From the human T2T-CHM13v2.0 reference genome, Homo sapiens: 64,000 nucleotides of DNA. This document shows positions 1-13,369 of this stretch, piece by piece. The notes beneath the pieces were generated by a model, which was not told the DNA's origin, searched no databases, and saw only the letters and a program-made list of their open reading frames with translations. The translations under genes were made by a program, and so were the position numbers. Where the stretch lies: the NCBI RefSeq assembly GCF_009914755.1, contig NC_060947.1; one strand, 5' to 3'. Every line of letters starts with the position of its first letter. The stretch's first letter is position 1.

Positions 1-198
1 TGAGACTCTCAGAAAGGCCTGAGGAGGGAGTGAAGGATAAAAAACTACATATGGGGTACAATGTACACTACATACACTACTTGTATGATGGATGCAGTAA
101 AATTTTCAACTTCATCACTATGCAATTCATCCATGTAACCAAAAACCACTTGTACTCCAAACTCTATTGGAATTTTTAAAAAGAAAGAAATAAAAAAA
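1..198 (+). mobile_element. L1 3' end (L1PB-like) with A-rich tail
   Basis: GGATAAAAAACTACATATGGGGTACAATGTACAC...CATCCATGTAACCAAAAACCACTTGTACTCC followed by an A-rich tail resembles the L1PB 3' UTR end. Confidence 0.75.
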
Positions 199-647
199 TA
201 CATTTAGTGTAACCTAAGTGTACAGTGTTCCAAAGTCTACAGTAATTTACAGTAGCATCCTAGGCCTTCACATTTACCACTCACTCACTGACTCACCTAG
301 AGCAACTTCCGGTCCTGAAAGCTCCATTCTTGGTAAGTGCCCTATACAGGTGAACCATTTTGTATCTTTTATACGGTATTTTTATTGTGCCTTTTCTATG
401 TTTAGATATGTTTAGATACACAAATACTTCACATTGTGTTATAGTTTCCTACAGTAATCAGTACAGTACCATGCTTTCCAGGTTTGTAGCCTAGGAGCCA
501 TAGGCTGTGTACCATATAGCCTAGGTATGTAGTAGGCTGTCCCATTTAAGTTTATGTGAGTGCGCTCTATGATGTTCACACAATGACAAAATCACCTAAT
601 GATGCATCTCTTGGAACATATCCCTGTCCTTTATTGATGAGTGACTG
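199..647 (+). mobile_element. Tigger3 (MER7/Golem) TcMar DNA transposon, terminal part
   Basis: CCTAGGCCTTCACATT...GTTTGTAGCCTAGGAGC...ATAGCCTAGGTATGTAGTAGGCT; ends in TIR-like GTGACTG plus TA. Confidence 0.8.
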
Positions 648-649
648 TA

Positions 650-745
650 ATTGTGTTTATGTTGTGTTGTGCTATGCTGTGCTGTGGTATTCTATGCTTT
701 GCTATGCTGTATTATGTAGCGTTATGTTTTATCTTATGTCATGAA
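650..745. repeat. degenerate pentamer microsatellite (TGCTA/TGTTA/TGTTG)n
   Basis: Repeating TGTTG/TGCTA/TGTTA units read directly. Confidence 0.7.
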
Positions 746-761
746 ATGCTATTGTGTAATC

Positions 762-948
762 CAGTGGATCCTTAAAGTGAGGCCCCTGGTACAGCAGCAG
801 CTGCATCACCTGGGCACTTGTTAGAAATGCAATTTTTTTGTGAGCCATCCAAGACCTACTGAATCAGAAACTCTGGGGCTGGAGCCCAGCAATCTAATGG
901 ATAAGTCCTCTGGGTGATTCTGAGCCATGCTCTAATTTGAACCACTAG
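762..948. mobile_element. MER5A hAT-Charlie MITE
   Basis: CAGCAGCAGCTGCATCACCTGGGCACTTGTTAGAAATGCA...CCTACTGAATCAGAAACTCTGGGG. Confidence 0.85.
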
Positions 949-989
949 TGTGTCATAGACGGCAAGTAAATCCTGCTTTGTTTTACTTA

Positions 990-1500
990 TTTATCAGTTA
1001 CAAATACAATTAGCTGCCAAAACAAGAAACAACAAGCCCCCAAAAAACCCAGCAAATAGTGGCTGTGTAAGTAAGAAAGAATTTTCTTATTCTCATAAAA
1101 TAAGAATTAGCAAGGAAGCCAGTCCAGGCTGTTGTCCAGGGCTCAGGCATGATGTCTAGGGATTCACGATCCTTCTAGCTTCCTATCCTGCCATTCTTAG
1201 GAAGTGGCTTTTGCCCCAGAGTTGCAAGATGACTGCTGTAGTTCCAGGCATTACTTCTATGTTCCAGGCAAGGAAAAGAGGGAAGGACAAAGGGCTTCTC
1301 CTATTTTTCTTCAGGTAAAGTAACTCTGCTCAGGAATTTCTGCCTTTATCTCATGGTCAGAGCTATGCCAATATGGCTAATTCTAATAACACTGCAGGTT
1401 AAATCTACTTTAGCTTTCTGTCTTTATGATAGAGAAGGTCAAGGGAAAACGAATGGTGGTAAGAATAGTTTGGGGCAGGCCAATTCATACTATTGCCGTC
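990..1500 (-). mobile_element. ancient MaLR LTR (MLT1J/K-like)
   Basis: CAAGATGACTGCTGTAGTTCCAGGCATTACTTCTATGTTCCAGGCAAG and related MLT1 motifs; boundaries approximate. Confidence 0.6.
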
Positions 1501-2349
1501 AGCTTGCACCTTGCAGCTAATTCTGTTGCTTTCTTGTTTTTGGTTGAAATTCTTGGAGTAGGCTGTTATGACAAAAGTGAACATTTTAATGTTTAATAGG
1601 GAAATAGGATCAACAAATTATCTTTCCATTTACATTTTAATTCTGACAGCTAATTCACCAAGGAAAACTCAGGTTTTATGTACAACTAGCTATTTTACAT
1701 TACGTTAAGGGTTTGGCCGGATTTGCCTTCTAGAGATGTAATGGAAGATTTGTGAAATAATGTAAAACAAAGCAAAATAAGAAATAATGTAAAATACTGC
1801 ACAACTACACATATTTGGGCTAATTATATTGGCGAGTCTGAAAATTTGACTATTTCAAGATATGCATCTATTACTTCTTTAAAATATAAATAATAATTAG
1901 AATTAGGCTCCAGGGCTGTCTGTCACATATAATTTTCTTTTATTGTAATGCATAGATAATAATGATAGTTGGCTTATTTATAGTGAGAATTGTTTCTAAA
2001 TTAGTATAGCAGTGTTAAAGCAATTTATAGGTCTCTGCAATCCTATTTATTTCTTGACAAAGCCATTCCTCTTGCATTTTAAATGACAAATTTGCCCAGA
2101 GTCTGTTGAAAATATTAGTAATTTTGATTTAATGCAGTGCAAGTATGTGAGCTATTGTTGTACTCATTAAGGTTGCTGCGGTAATCATCTAGATGGTAGG
2201 AAGGACTAGAGATGATCAATGATACGACTGGGGTATAAGAACTTACTCATGTCAGAACTAGGGTCAAAACAGAGATGGTTGGACACACATCCTGTGTTCA
2301 TTTTCTCTAGATTCCAAAGTTCTAGTTTTTAATCTTCAAGAAATGTCCC

Positions 2350-2927
2350 TGTAGGAAAAAAAAAAGATTTTTTCTTCATACCTCATAGGATCTTAGTTAG
2401 AATGGACTTCTGTAAAAAAAAGCAGATTAACAAGAGAAAAACAAAGAGTAGTTAACATGTATATTTTACTTACATTTAATATGTATATTTCACACATACG
2501 TGGGAGACACCCAGAGAATGAGTAGTTCTCAAAGAGGTGGTTTGAATTCCACCTTATATAGCATCTTCAGCAAAGAACAGTACATTTTTAGGTAAGTGAC
2601 AAGACAAAGGAAAAGGACTTTGAGTTTCTAGGGACAGTAACAGTAACTTGTGGGAAGGCAAATAACTGGCCAGTTAGTAAAGCTTGTTGATGTAGATTCC
2701 TCTGGTGTAATCTCCCAACCAATATGGGTCTGCCATTTTCTTGGGTGGTTAATCTTTGTTTTCCTTGGTAGAAGGGTTGGGGGCAACATACCTTTTGTCT
2801 TTGTAAATCTAAATCCTGCTTTTAGGCAAATAGAAGGAGGGCAGAGAGCTTTCCTGCATCTGCTTCTTCTCAATTGCTGTTAGCTCAACAATCTATATTT
2901 TGGGGCAGCATATTTTGCTCTCCCACA
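2350..2927 (-). mobile_element. MER34-family ERV1 solo LTR
   Basis: TG...CA ends; reverse strand begins TGTGGGAGAGCAAAATATGCTGCCCCAAAATAT; near-perfect 4-bp TSD TCCC/TCCT. Confidence 0.75.
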
Positions 2928-2980
2928 TCCTATAATTAAAATAGAACCTTTTAGCACTCCTTTCTTAATCCCCCTCCTTT

Positions 2981-3302
2981 GGGGGTTGGCAAACAATGGC
3001 CAGTGGGCCAAATCTGGCCCTTAGCCTGTTTTGATAGGGTTCACGAGGTCAGAAAGGTGTTTACAATTTTTAAATGTTTGAAAGAAAAATTTCATGACAT
3101 GAAAACTATGTGAAATTCAAATTTTAGTGTCCATAAATAAAGTTTTATTAGAATATAACAATGCTCATTTGTTTGTGTTATCTATGGCTGCTTTGATGCT
3201 CTAACAGCAGAATTGAATAGTTGTCACAGAGACCGTCTGGCCTGCAATGCCTAAAATATTTATGCTCTGGCCCCTTTTACAGAAAAAATTTACTGACTCC
3301 TG
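2981..3302 (+). mobile_element. MER58B hAT-Charlie MITE
   Basis: GGGGTTGGCAAAC...GGGCCAAATCTGGCCC...AATAAAGTTTTATTAG...CTCTGGCCCCTTTTACAGAAAAAATTTACTGACTCCTG. Confidence 0.8.
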
Positions 3303-3482
3303 ATTGAAGTCAATCCTGATCAACAGGACTTTGGGGCATAGAGAGAAAGGGAAGCTCTCCTGTCTGAAATGCCAACTTAGGCATATCTGATTGATCCCTC
3401 CTGCTTTTCTGACATCTTCCATAGTAAATTATCATTCTTCAATTTTGAGTCTTGCTTGGACATAAAAGGTGATAGTTTGCAT

Positions 3483-4152
<670 letters not shown>

Positions 4153-4682
4153 TGAGTCACTAGAGAAACCATAACAGGTGCTTTATCAGAGCTCACCACC
4201 TTCTTGTTTCTCCATGAGCCACTTCTGCCCATATGGGTAGAAACTTGTCTTCTTAACCAAGCAGGTAGAAAACAGTTTAACAGTGGACAGGTATCTCCAA
4301 ATGTGTTGAGTTACTAGTAAAATTAACTATTTACTGCTGTATTTAGAAAACATGTTATTTTTCTGAAGGGAGAAAGATTTTTTTTTTTTTAAAGAATAAC
4401 ATTTCCCAAATTACAGCAGTTAAAAATATCAAGCTATTTTATTTACATGAATTTTCCCACTGGAGCTTCTATACTTTGTAAACTTTATAAATTACAGCAT
4501 GGGATTCAGAAACAAACGCAGGTTAAGGGTTTATTTTTACAAACTTCAACATGGCAAAATAATGGTTAAAGAGTCATAGTGAAAATTTTGAATTGACTGC
4601 AGGTACCTAGAGAATGTCATTTTACCTTTGTATTATGTTTTCAAATCACAAATGGGGTAACATGCTAATTTTTATTTGATTT

Positions 4683-4842
4683 GTTTTTTTTTTTTTTTGA
4701 TGGAGCAGCAGAGTCTTGCTATGTTGCCTGGGCTGGACTGCAGTGGCTATTCACAGGAAAGATCATCCCTGCACTGCAGCTTCGAACCCCTGACTTCAAG
4801 TTATTCTCCTGCCTCAGCATCCCAAGTAGCTGGGACTAAGAC
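4683..4842 (-). mobile_element. FAM (fossil Alu monomer, 7SL-derived)
   Basis: Monomer retains the 7SL-type segment GCAGTGGCTATTCACAGG (reverse complement CCTGTGAATAGCCACTGC), which dimeric Alus lack. Confidence 0.75.
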
Positions 4843-4844
4843 AT

Positions 4845-5820
4845 AATTAAAGAAATAATTAGGGAATTGAAATACGGATTTGAATACTTACCCAGAATTC
4901 TGCTCACATAGATTAAAAAAATGAAAGAATAAGAATGCTCAACATATGCCAGTGTGAATTCAGGAAGGAGAAAATTAAAAGGATGAGGGAGAATTAAATA
5001 TCAAAGAAATAGTGTCAATTAAGGAAGAGCAATCAAATGACTGGCAGGAAAATCCTTATGAAAATAACACTACTATCTATAAAGACTAAAGGTGAAATAA
5101 AGATTTTCCCCAATAAAGTCTGAGAGTTCACAAACCCTTGAACTGTTCACAAACCCTTAATACTAAAGAATATATGTTTATAAGAAGGAAATCAGACCTA
5201 AAAAGAAGGATCAGTATCTAAGAAGCCACGTTTAGCAAAGAAATTGGTAAACAGCTTGGCAAATTTCAATAACCAATGACCATTAAAAAAATCTTACAAT
5301 AAAAAGAGCAATAATGACTATTTGGGAGGAGGAGATGGGGTCCAAAATAAAGAGGTATTAAACATTATATGACCTGTCATGGAATATTGGGGATGGGTCT
5401 ATGTGGGGTTAAAGGGTTCTAAGTACCTTGAAATGTTCAGGAGGAGTCTAAACATGTGATTGTACTCCAAATAGTAAAGTCAAGTAGATATATGAAAATC
5501 CTTTACCAAAACAGTAGAAATATGATGTGTATCTTTCAAGTAAGTGGAAAATAGAAAAAGAGGGAAAAAAGAAGCAAAGACAAAGATAGGCAGATAAAAA
5601 ACTCAAAATAGGGAAAAGAACTCCACATATACCTATAGTGACAATAAATATAGGAATATATATTTGGATAGGACTGATTCAACAGTCCTCATTAAAGACA
5701 GAGCCTCTTAGGTTAGATAAAAAGACAAAATTTAACTATATGCTGTTCATAAGAGACACATATAAAGCATAAAGACACAGAAAGGTGGAAAGTGAAAGGA
5801 TAATAAAGGAACAACCAAGT
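4845..5820 (+). mobile_element. ancient L1M fragment (ORF1 end to ORF2 endonuclease start), decayed
   Basis: A-rich; GGTGAAATAAAGATTTTC (ORF1 end) and ACTATATGCTGTTCATAAGAGACACATATAAAGCATAAAGACACAGAAAGG (CCLQETH-like region). Confidence 0.7.
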
Positions 5821-5884
5821 GACTATTTGTTGAACAAATAATTAAGTTTCCTGGATGGCAGAGACTTTTCTGTAACCCCCACCC

Positions 5885-6206
5885 CTTAATAGACTATTTT
5901 TTACAGCAGTTTTAGGTTCACAGCAAAATTGAGCAGAAATTACAGAGTTGCCGTGTACCCTTTCTCTCCCTTCCCATTGCCCTCCACCATCAATATCCTC
6001 ACCAGTGGGGTACATTTCTTACAATAGATAAACCAGCCTTTACACATCACCCAAAGTCTGTATTTTACAATAGGTACCACTCTTTGTGTTGTATGTTCTG
6101 TGAGCTTTGACAAATATATGACAAGTATCTACCATTGTAGTCAGAATATATATTCATACAGAATAGTTTCACTGCCCTAAAAGTTCCCTGTGTTCCACCT
6201 ATTCAT
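5885..6206 (-). mobile_element. L1MC-type 3' end
   Basis: AGCAGTTTTAGGTTCACAGCAAAATTGAGCAGAAA...CATACAGAATAGTTTCACTGCCCTAAAA. Confidence 0.75.
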
Positions 6207-6765
6207 TGAGACTCTGTTTTATATTTCTTCTTTATTTGCCACAGAGCCATGCTTAATTTAGGGGTTTGAAAGTCTTTGCTTGGATTCAACTGTTTTACTG
6301 AATTTCTTCTGATTGAATTCACAATAATCAAAGAAAATGAAAATTTTTGTCAGTTCCATATGATCTTTAATGACTATTCTGCCACCACTATCAGCAAGTG
6401 CCCTAAGTTCTTTTCCAGACAATTTTCAGGAAATAGTGTTTCCTGCATAAACAGAAAATGAACCTCCTAAATTTTATCATCAAGAACTAAGAATGCTTAG
6501 CCCAGCTATAAGAAAACCTCTCACTAACGTGCTATTTGTGATAATAAAATAATTTGAATGTTCTGTGAAGGGTTATCAAATAATTTTTATTTTTATTTTT
6601 GAGGTTGTAACTATTCTTGAAAGGAATTTTACAAGCTGGAGTCCTATGTGGCAACCATCAAAGATGCCTGGACAGAAAGACAGGCATTCTAGTTAACAAT
6701 TCATCAATTGATTTAAATTAAATATTTCTATGCCATTTGTAGACATAAACTATACTGAAATCCTC

Positions 6766-7276
6766 TGTATTGCTTTTTTATTATGCGTAACAAATTACTG
6801 TAAAACTTAGTGACTTAAAACAACAAACATTTATTATCTCATAATTTCTGTGGATTGAGAATTTAGGAGCATCTTATCTGTGTAGTTCTGGCTCAGGGTC
6901 TCTCATAAGATTTCAGTCAAGATGTCAGTTGGGGCCACAGTCATCTGAGGGTTTGACTGTGGCTAGAAGATTCACTTACAAGATGGTTCACTCATGTGGC
7001 TGTTGGCAAGAGGCCTCAGTTCCTTGCCACATGGGCTTCTCAAATTGTGGCTTGAGTGTCATGACAGCTGGATTTCCCCAGAGTGAGTGATCCAAGAGAG
7101 AGAAGACAGAAGCCACGTGTCTTTATGACTCAAGCTTTCAATGTCATACTCCATCATTTCTGCAGTATCTTGTTGACTGACACATCAGCCCTATTCAGTG
7201 TTCGAGGGGAGTAAAAAAGGGCATGATCCAGGAGACAGAGATTATTGGGGCATCATTTCAGAGACTGGCTATCACA
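6766..7276 (-). mobile_element. MLT1F-type MaLR LTR
   Basis: AAACTTAGTGACTTAAAACAACAAACATTTATTATCTCA...GGCCTCAGTTCCTTGCCACATGGGC...GGCTATCACA. Confidence 0.8.
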
Positions 7277-8759
7277 TTGTTAGATACAGACATGAAACCA
7301 GTGTTTAGGAAGGATAGAGGAAATATTTTTGGGAAATAAAAGAATTTAGAATCTTATCTTTATTTTCATCTTCTCCATCTTACATACAACAATTCTTGTT
7401 GACATCAACATTTTACCTTTTCATCAATCTCTACCTTTTCTGGATTTATTAAGTATGAAGCTCTTCAAAATGAAAATAGGTGAAATTTAGACGTTTGTCT
7501 ACTCTCACTCTTTAGAAATATTGAGTTTTTAATGGTCTCTCTGATACAAATATCTCAATATATATAAAACTTGGTTAGTATCTGTATCTTATTTGAAGTG
7601 AATACTGTCTTCCACCTCTACAATAATTACCTTCACTTTATAGGTAGCTTGTCTTAAAAACAGAAGTTATCCTTTTTTGTCAGAATTTTAGCTGTTCCAA
7701 CACGATTGAGCCCATGTTAAGCAGTAGGAAAATGTTTCTTTTTTTTATCTTATTATCTTCTAATCTCAAATTTTCCTGCAGTTCAATGAAATTAATGTCT
7801 TTAACATTTCCCATCCACACTAGAACCATGCTAGAAAGTGCTTTTATAATATTTTTAAGGGGGTGATATATGAAAACCCTCCTATAATTGGCTAAATGGA
7901 GACATTAGAGAATCAAATACTTCATCCTTTTTCGAAGCACTGCTTCCATGGGGCAATATAAGCTTTGAAAAGTGGATGCAATTTTATGAAATTGGTGGGT
8001 TATGATGCATTAAAATCTAGAAAGTGTTCATTTCATTTCAAATAGAGGTCTTGAAAGTAATGCTCCTTACTTACAGCTGCATTATTTTAATAAAACTTCA
8101 GCGATAATTATTTTAAAACCAACATCCTAGGTTTAAATGAAAATCACAAAAAAATCGATTTAGGACTTTAGAACTTAAACCATAAAAGTTGCTAGGGTCT
8201 ATTTAATATACTTAGAGAGATTTGAATTAAATAAATAGTTTCTGCCATCACCAAACCTCACTCCAGATGATCTTGTGTGGGTCCCTTGTCTCTCTGACTG
8301 CTTGCATGGTGTAACCTAGGAGAACTGCAAGTTCCCTGGGGCCTGCACACAGCCATTTTTACTTTGTTTGAATTCTTCATGGCTACCCACTCCTCTGGGT
8401 TAGAGAACAAAGGAGAGGGCATTGTTTTCAGAAGGTCACAGTTGTTTGCACCGAATGTCCCTTCGGTTTCACCAGTGTGAGGGTTCATCCCTAGAGTCCT
8501 CAATTGGAATCTGCCCATTGCTGGAACAGCAGGATCTTCTTGTGCCTTCCTAAAAGCAGGCTGGTGGGATAAACTGGGATCCACAGGAAATTAGAGCTGA
8601 TGTCTTTAAAATGGCTACCCTTCTAGCTGCAGTGCTCTCCCTGGTCTGACTTAAAGATCAGCTGTTCTGCTGGTGCCCAGTGAGGAAATTCAGAGGGTTA
8701 GACTATTGTCCAGGGCATGGGGACCACAGGTACCCCTTGCCTGCTGATCTCTATTACTT

Positions 8760-9077
8760 TATTTGAGCCTTTTCCTGGGCTATTGGAAATATGTCTTTTT
8801 CACACGGTAGGGCTAAGCAGGTAAGATTTGATTCCATAGCTGTTGGTGATCATTTTTGTCATGATTTGTTGGGGCAGGAGAGAGGGAGCTACTAGACAGA
8901 ATAAAACCAGCATAGAAGAAGAGAGAGCCAGGAAATGGAAAGAGATTCATTTCTGGGTTTCTGCTAGATGACTGTTGGATTTTTCAATGAAAAAAGCCAA
9001 AAAACTGCTTCTTGGGTTTAAGTAAATTTGAACTGGGTTTTGGTCACTCGAGCCCCAAAGGAATTCTTATTAAAGCA
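8760..9077 (+). mobile_element. ancient MaLR LTR fragment (MLT1K/L/M-like)
   Basis: AGAGAGAGCCAGGAAATGGAAAGAGA...TTTAAGTAAATTTGAACTGGGTTTTGGTCACT. Confidence 0.45.
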
Positions 9078-9800
9078 GCAATTGAGATGAAAGTATTGTT
9101 TGTAAAAACATATGTTGTCTCTTGAATTTTCAACCAATAGTGAAGGAAGAATTTAATCTTTTTTTTTTTTTTTCATTGAGCAGTGGCTGAGAAAAACCTA
9201 TGTATTTCCAAAGTGAGTTCTGACTATGGCTTTTGAGGTGCTACAAAAAGAATAGAAATCAGATAATATGTAAACATTGGAAAGACACTAAGAATGGTTT
9301 GGGAGGAAACAGTGGAGTAAGCGAAGACCAGCAATAATATAAAGAGGTTTGGATTGGCTTAATAGCTGAATTAAGATTGAAGAGAAAGTTAGTGAATTTA
9401 GTCCACAAATGCTTTGAGGCAATACTGAATAGGAGAAACACTTTCTCCCTGTTAAGGGAATTTCAAGAGAGCCATCTGGAGAAATGAGAGCAGTGGATAA
9501 AATAAGGACCAGTTGCCTGGGTCAGTTTTAGAATGTGAATTGTAGGGTGGGAATTGGTAGGGATAAAGGGTATTTGTCCTGTGTCCTGTTGTACTATGAC
9601 TTGAGACACAGCCTCAAGATTTTGTGAGCTACCATGCCAGATAGAGATTTAAGAACCACATTAAGATAAGTGGAGCTTGTAAGTTCTGAGCCTGATTTTT
9701 GCTTCTGTCTCATGGAATAACATCTCCTTAGTTTATGGTTTCTACTCACATGCTAAACCAGTGATGTGGTAAGGCCCTTGGGACAAATATAGGAAAAACA

Positions 9801-9824
9801 TCTCTCTCTCTCTCTCTCTCTCTC
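9801..9824. repeat. (TC)n microsatellite
   Basis: About 12 TC units. Confidence 0.9.
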
Positions 9825-11584
9825 CTCTGTGTTGCATTGGGGGCGGTGGTGATTGGGGCACAGAACTCTCTATATAGTGTACTTTTTAACTGAGTGAGAG
9901 AGAAGCTGATTTCAGGGCTCTTACTGTAGATAGTGAGTAGTGTTTTGTAGAAGCATCAGGGAGAGAAGGAGGTGGCTTCAGTCCCTATGAGACAAAAATA
10001 GTCAAAGTTCAAATTTAGAGAATTCACAAATGTTACTCCCCCCACGCCTTCCTCTCCTCTGAAGCAAATGCTGACAAGTGTTTCTCCCCAGTTCCATTTA
10101 TATCTACAAAATAGCCCTTTTTGTGACTTTTTCCCTCTTCAAAGCTACCCTTATACTTGGGAAAGAGAGGAGGGATTAAAGGGAAGATGATGGTAAAATT
10201 CCAGGACCTTGAAGGAAAAGAAGATGTTTTAGCAAGGCTTTCAAATAATAGAAGCTTTGATGGCTAGTTTGGACAAAACAGGAAGTAGGATAATCCCCAG
10301 GGAAAAAGAAAGGGAAGTGAGTCATGAAGCCCAAGTGCATTTCAAGGCATCCAGTGCTGCTTGAGAGTGAGCATCAGGCACGGTTTCGAATTTTCTGGTT
10401 GGCAAATTCTCAGCCTCTGTCTCGCTGTTCAACCATGCATTCTAACATTTAAATTACTCAGAGTCACATTTAGTGGTGTAATGTGAATTAGAACAGTATG
10501 TAACTGGGATTATTTCTGATTCCCATCTTAAAACCTTGCTTTTGTGTCTGAGAGAAGCGATAGATTCATAGACCAGAATATATTTATATACAGAAATACA
10601 GCGTTTGTGCTCCACCTCAAGATGTAACTTGAATTACACGGAAAAATCCTATGTTTAAAAATGTCTATCTAATAAACCCAATGTCATTCAAGGAAACAAG
10701 ACCTGTTATTAGGTTGAGGCACTGGATGGCTATCATTTTCCTGGTCAAGACCTTGAGGCGTGGCAATTTAAGATTTAGCTCTGAAACAAGCAGCTTTTTC
10801 AGCTTGGAAACCTTTTCTCCCTTCTGTTGCTAGGTCCTCCAGCCCTGTTCAAGCACGGTTCATAATAGCTTCTTGTGAGGAAATGACATTTAGAGCTCTC
10901 TTGATCTGTCAGCATAATACCGTTTTAAAAATCACATGTGTGTTTGTGAGGCCCTCTCTTTTCTGAAGTCTAAATTTCTCTGATTCCAAGGCTGAAAATA
11001 TATTCAAGAAACAATTTAAAGTTGACATCAGCATTTGTGTAATTATTTCTAATTTAAAATTATTGACTTTCCATGTTGAAAGTAGCTTAATGAGCAAAAT
11101 ATAGCATTAAAAACATTAAAAATAACTGTGAATGAAAGACTTTCTCATCATATGTTGGTGCCCCATAGCATTCCTTTCCAAGTCAGTTACTATGGGTGAA
11201 AATAGATAATTATTTATTGAGTGGACTCATCTGCATTTTTGCTTTCTTTCAAGTGCCTGGCAGGTAATAGATGTTCAATAAATAACTGTTAAATGTTTGA
11301 ATGAATTAATGAGTGCCTGATGAATCAGACTTGCCTAATTATTTTATGTTGAGCTTCAGATCAATATACAAATATTGTATCGTACTTGGAAAAAAAGTCT
11401 TTTAGTTGTCTTGAAGGGATGTCAATAATGCTATGTATGTACTTTTAATTTTTAAAATTACTTTATTATGAAAATGTTCAAACATCAGCAAAGTTGAATT
11501 TTATTGTGAATATTTGTATACCACTACCTAGATTCTACCATTTGTACTTTAATATACTTATTTTATCACCTATATCAACCCATT

Positions 11585-11726
11585 TTATTATTATTATTTT
11601 TTAAAGATAACAGACGGGGTCTCACTGTGTTGCACAGGCTGGCCTCAAACTCTTGGCCTCAAGCGAGCCTCCTGCCTCAGCCTCCCAAAATGCTGGGATT
11701 ACAATCATGAGCCACTGCACCTGGCC
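11585..11726 (-). mobile_element. FLAM_C / Alu left monomer
   Basis: Single Alu left arm, antisense, with TTA-rich tail. Confidence 0.8.
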
Positions 11727-12947
11727 CATTTCATTTTTTAATGCATTTCAAAGTAAATTGAAGACATCTGTACACTTCCTCTGTACACTTTGGCATGCAT
11801 ATTACCAATTAGAGTTCAGTATTTGTCTAAGATTTTCCTTTTGATGTAAAATTAACATACAATGAAATGCACAGATCTTAAGTACACATCCACTGAGTTT
11901 TGACAAATACAAATCCCCATCAAGATACAGAACATTGCCATCACTCCAGAAAGTTCATTCATGTTCCTTCCCAGGCAAACCCTGTCCCCACATCTCACTC
12001 TTCCCTTCAACAGGAAATCAGTGTTCTGATTACTTTTCACTATAGATGAGATTTGCTCATTCTAGAACTTTATATGAATGCAATCACACAATATGTACTC
12101 TTATGTGAGACTTCTTTCACTCAGTATGTTTTTGAAATTCATGGATGTTGTACTGTATATTAGTAGCTCAATTCTTCTATTGATGAGCTGTATTCCATTA
12201 TATGAATAAACAGTTCACTTGTCCATTATTTTATTGATGGACACCTGGGCTATTTCAAGTTTTAACTACTAAAAATAAAGCTGCTGTGAACATGTGTGTA
12301 CAAGTCTTTATGTAGATATATATTTTCATTTCTCTTGAGCAATACCTGGAAGGAATTGCTGGATCATAGTGTGTGTGTACATTTAGTTTTATAAGAAACT
12401 GCCAGATCTTTTGATAAAGGACTTATACAGTTTTGCAGCCACATCAACAATATATGAGAATCCTGATTGTCCCAAATTGTTGTCAACATTTGGTGTTGTC
12501 AGTCTTTTTAATTTTAGCCATATCAGTGGATATGTATTATTTCATTGTTTTTAAATTTCCATTTCCTTGATGACTAATGATGTCAAGTACTTTTCATATG
12601 CTTTTTGGTCATTAGTATGTGTTCTTCTGTGAAGTGTCTAAGCAAATATTTACCTTTGTGTATATATATATATATATTTATTATTAAATTTTAGATGTTC
12701 TTTATATATTCTAGAGATCAGTCCTTTGTCAGATATATATTTTCTGAAGCTTTAGCCTTTCTTTTACATTTAGATCTAGGATCTATCTCAAATTAGTTTT
12801 TGTTTAAGGTCTGTGGTAGGGACTGGTGTTCTTCTTAATTTCCCCTTCCATATGGATATCCAGTTATTCCATTATCATTTATTGAAAAGACTATTTTTTT
12901 CCTATTGGAATTCTTTGGCATCATTATAAAAAAATCAGATGACTATA

Positions 12948-13369
12948 TGCTAAGGTTTGAATGTGTTCCCCAAAGTTTATGTATTGGAAACTTAATCCCC
13001 AATGCAATAGTGTTGGAAGGTGGGACCTTTAAGAGGTGATTAGGTCATGAGGGCTATGCCCTCATGAATGGATTAATGATGTTATTGTGGGAGCGGGTTA
13101 GTTATCATGCAAGTGAGTTCCTGATAAAAAGATGAGTTTGTCCCTCTCCCTTCCCTCTCCCTTCCCTCTCCCTTCCCTCTCCCTTACGTGCTCTCTTGCC
13201 CTGCTGCCTTCTGCTATGGGATGATGCAGCTTGAAGGCGCTTGCCAGATGCAGGTCTCTTGACCTTGGATTTGCCAGTCTCCAGAATCATGAGCCAAATG
13301 AATTTCTGTTGTTTATAAATCAGTCAGTCTGTGGCATTCTGTTATAGCAACATATAATGGACTAAGACA
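12948..13369 (+). mobile_element. MSTC/MSTD-type MaLR solo LTR
   Basis: TGCTAAGGTTTGAATGTG...GGACTAAGACA; perfect 5-bp TSD CTATA. Confidence 0.85.

Noticed and set aside
5126-5160. Short tandem duplications (also at about 1754-1793 and 43053-43085)
   Set aside because: Duplications of 14-19 bp are common slippage events with no sign of function
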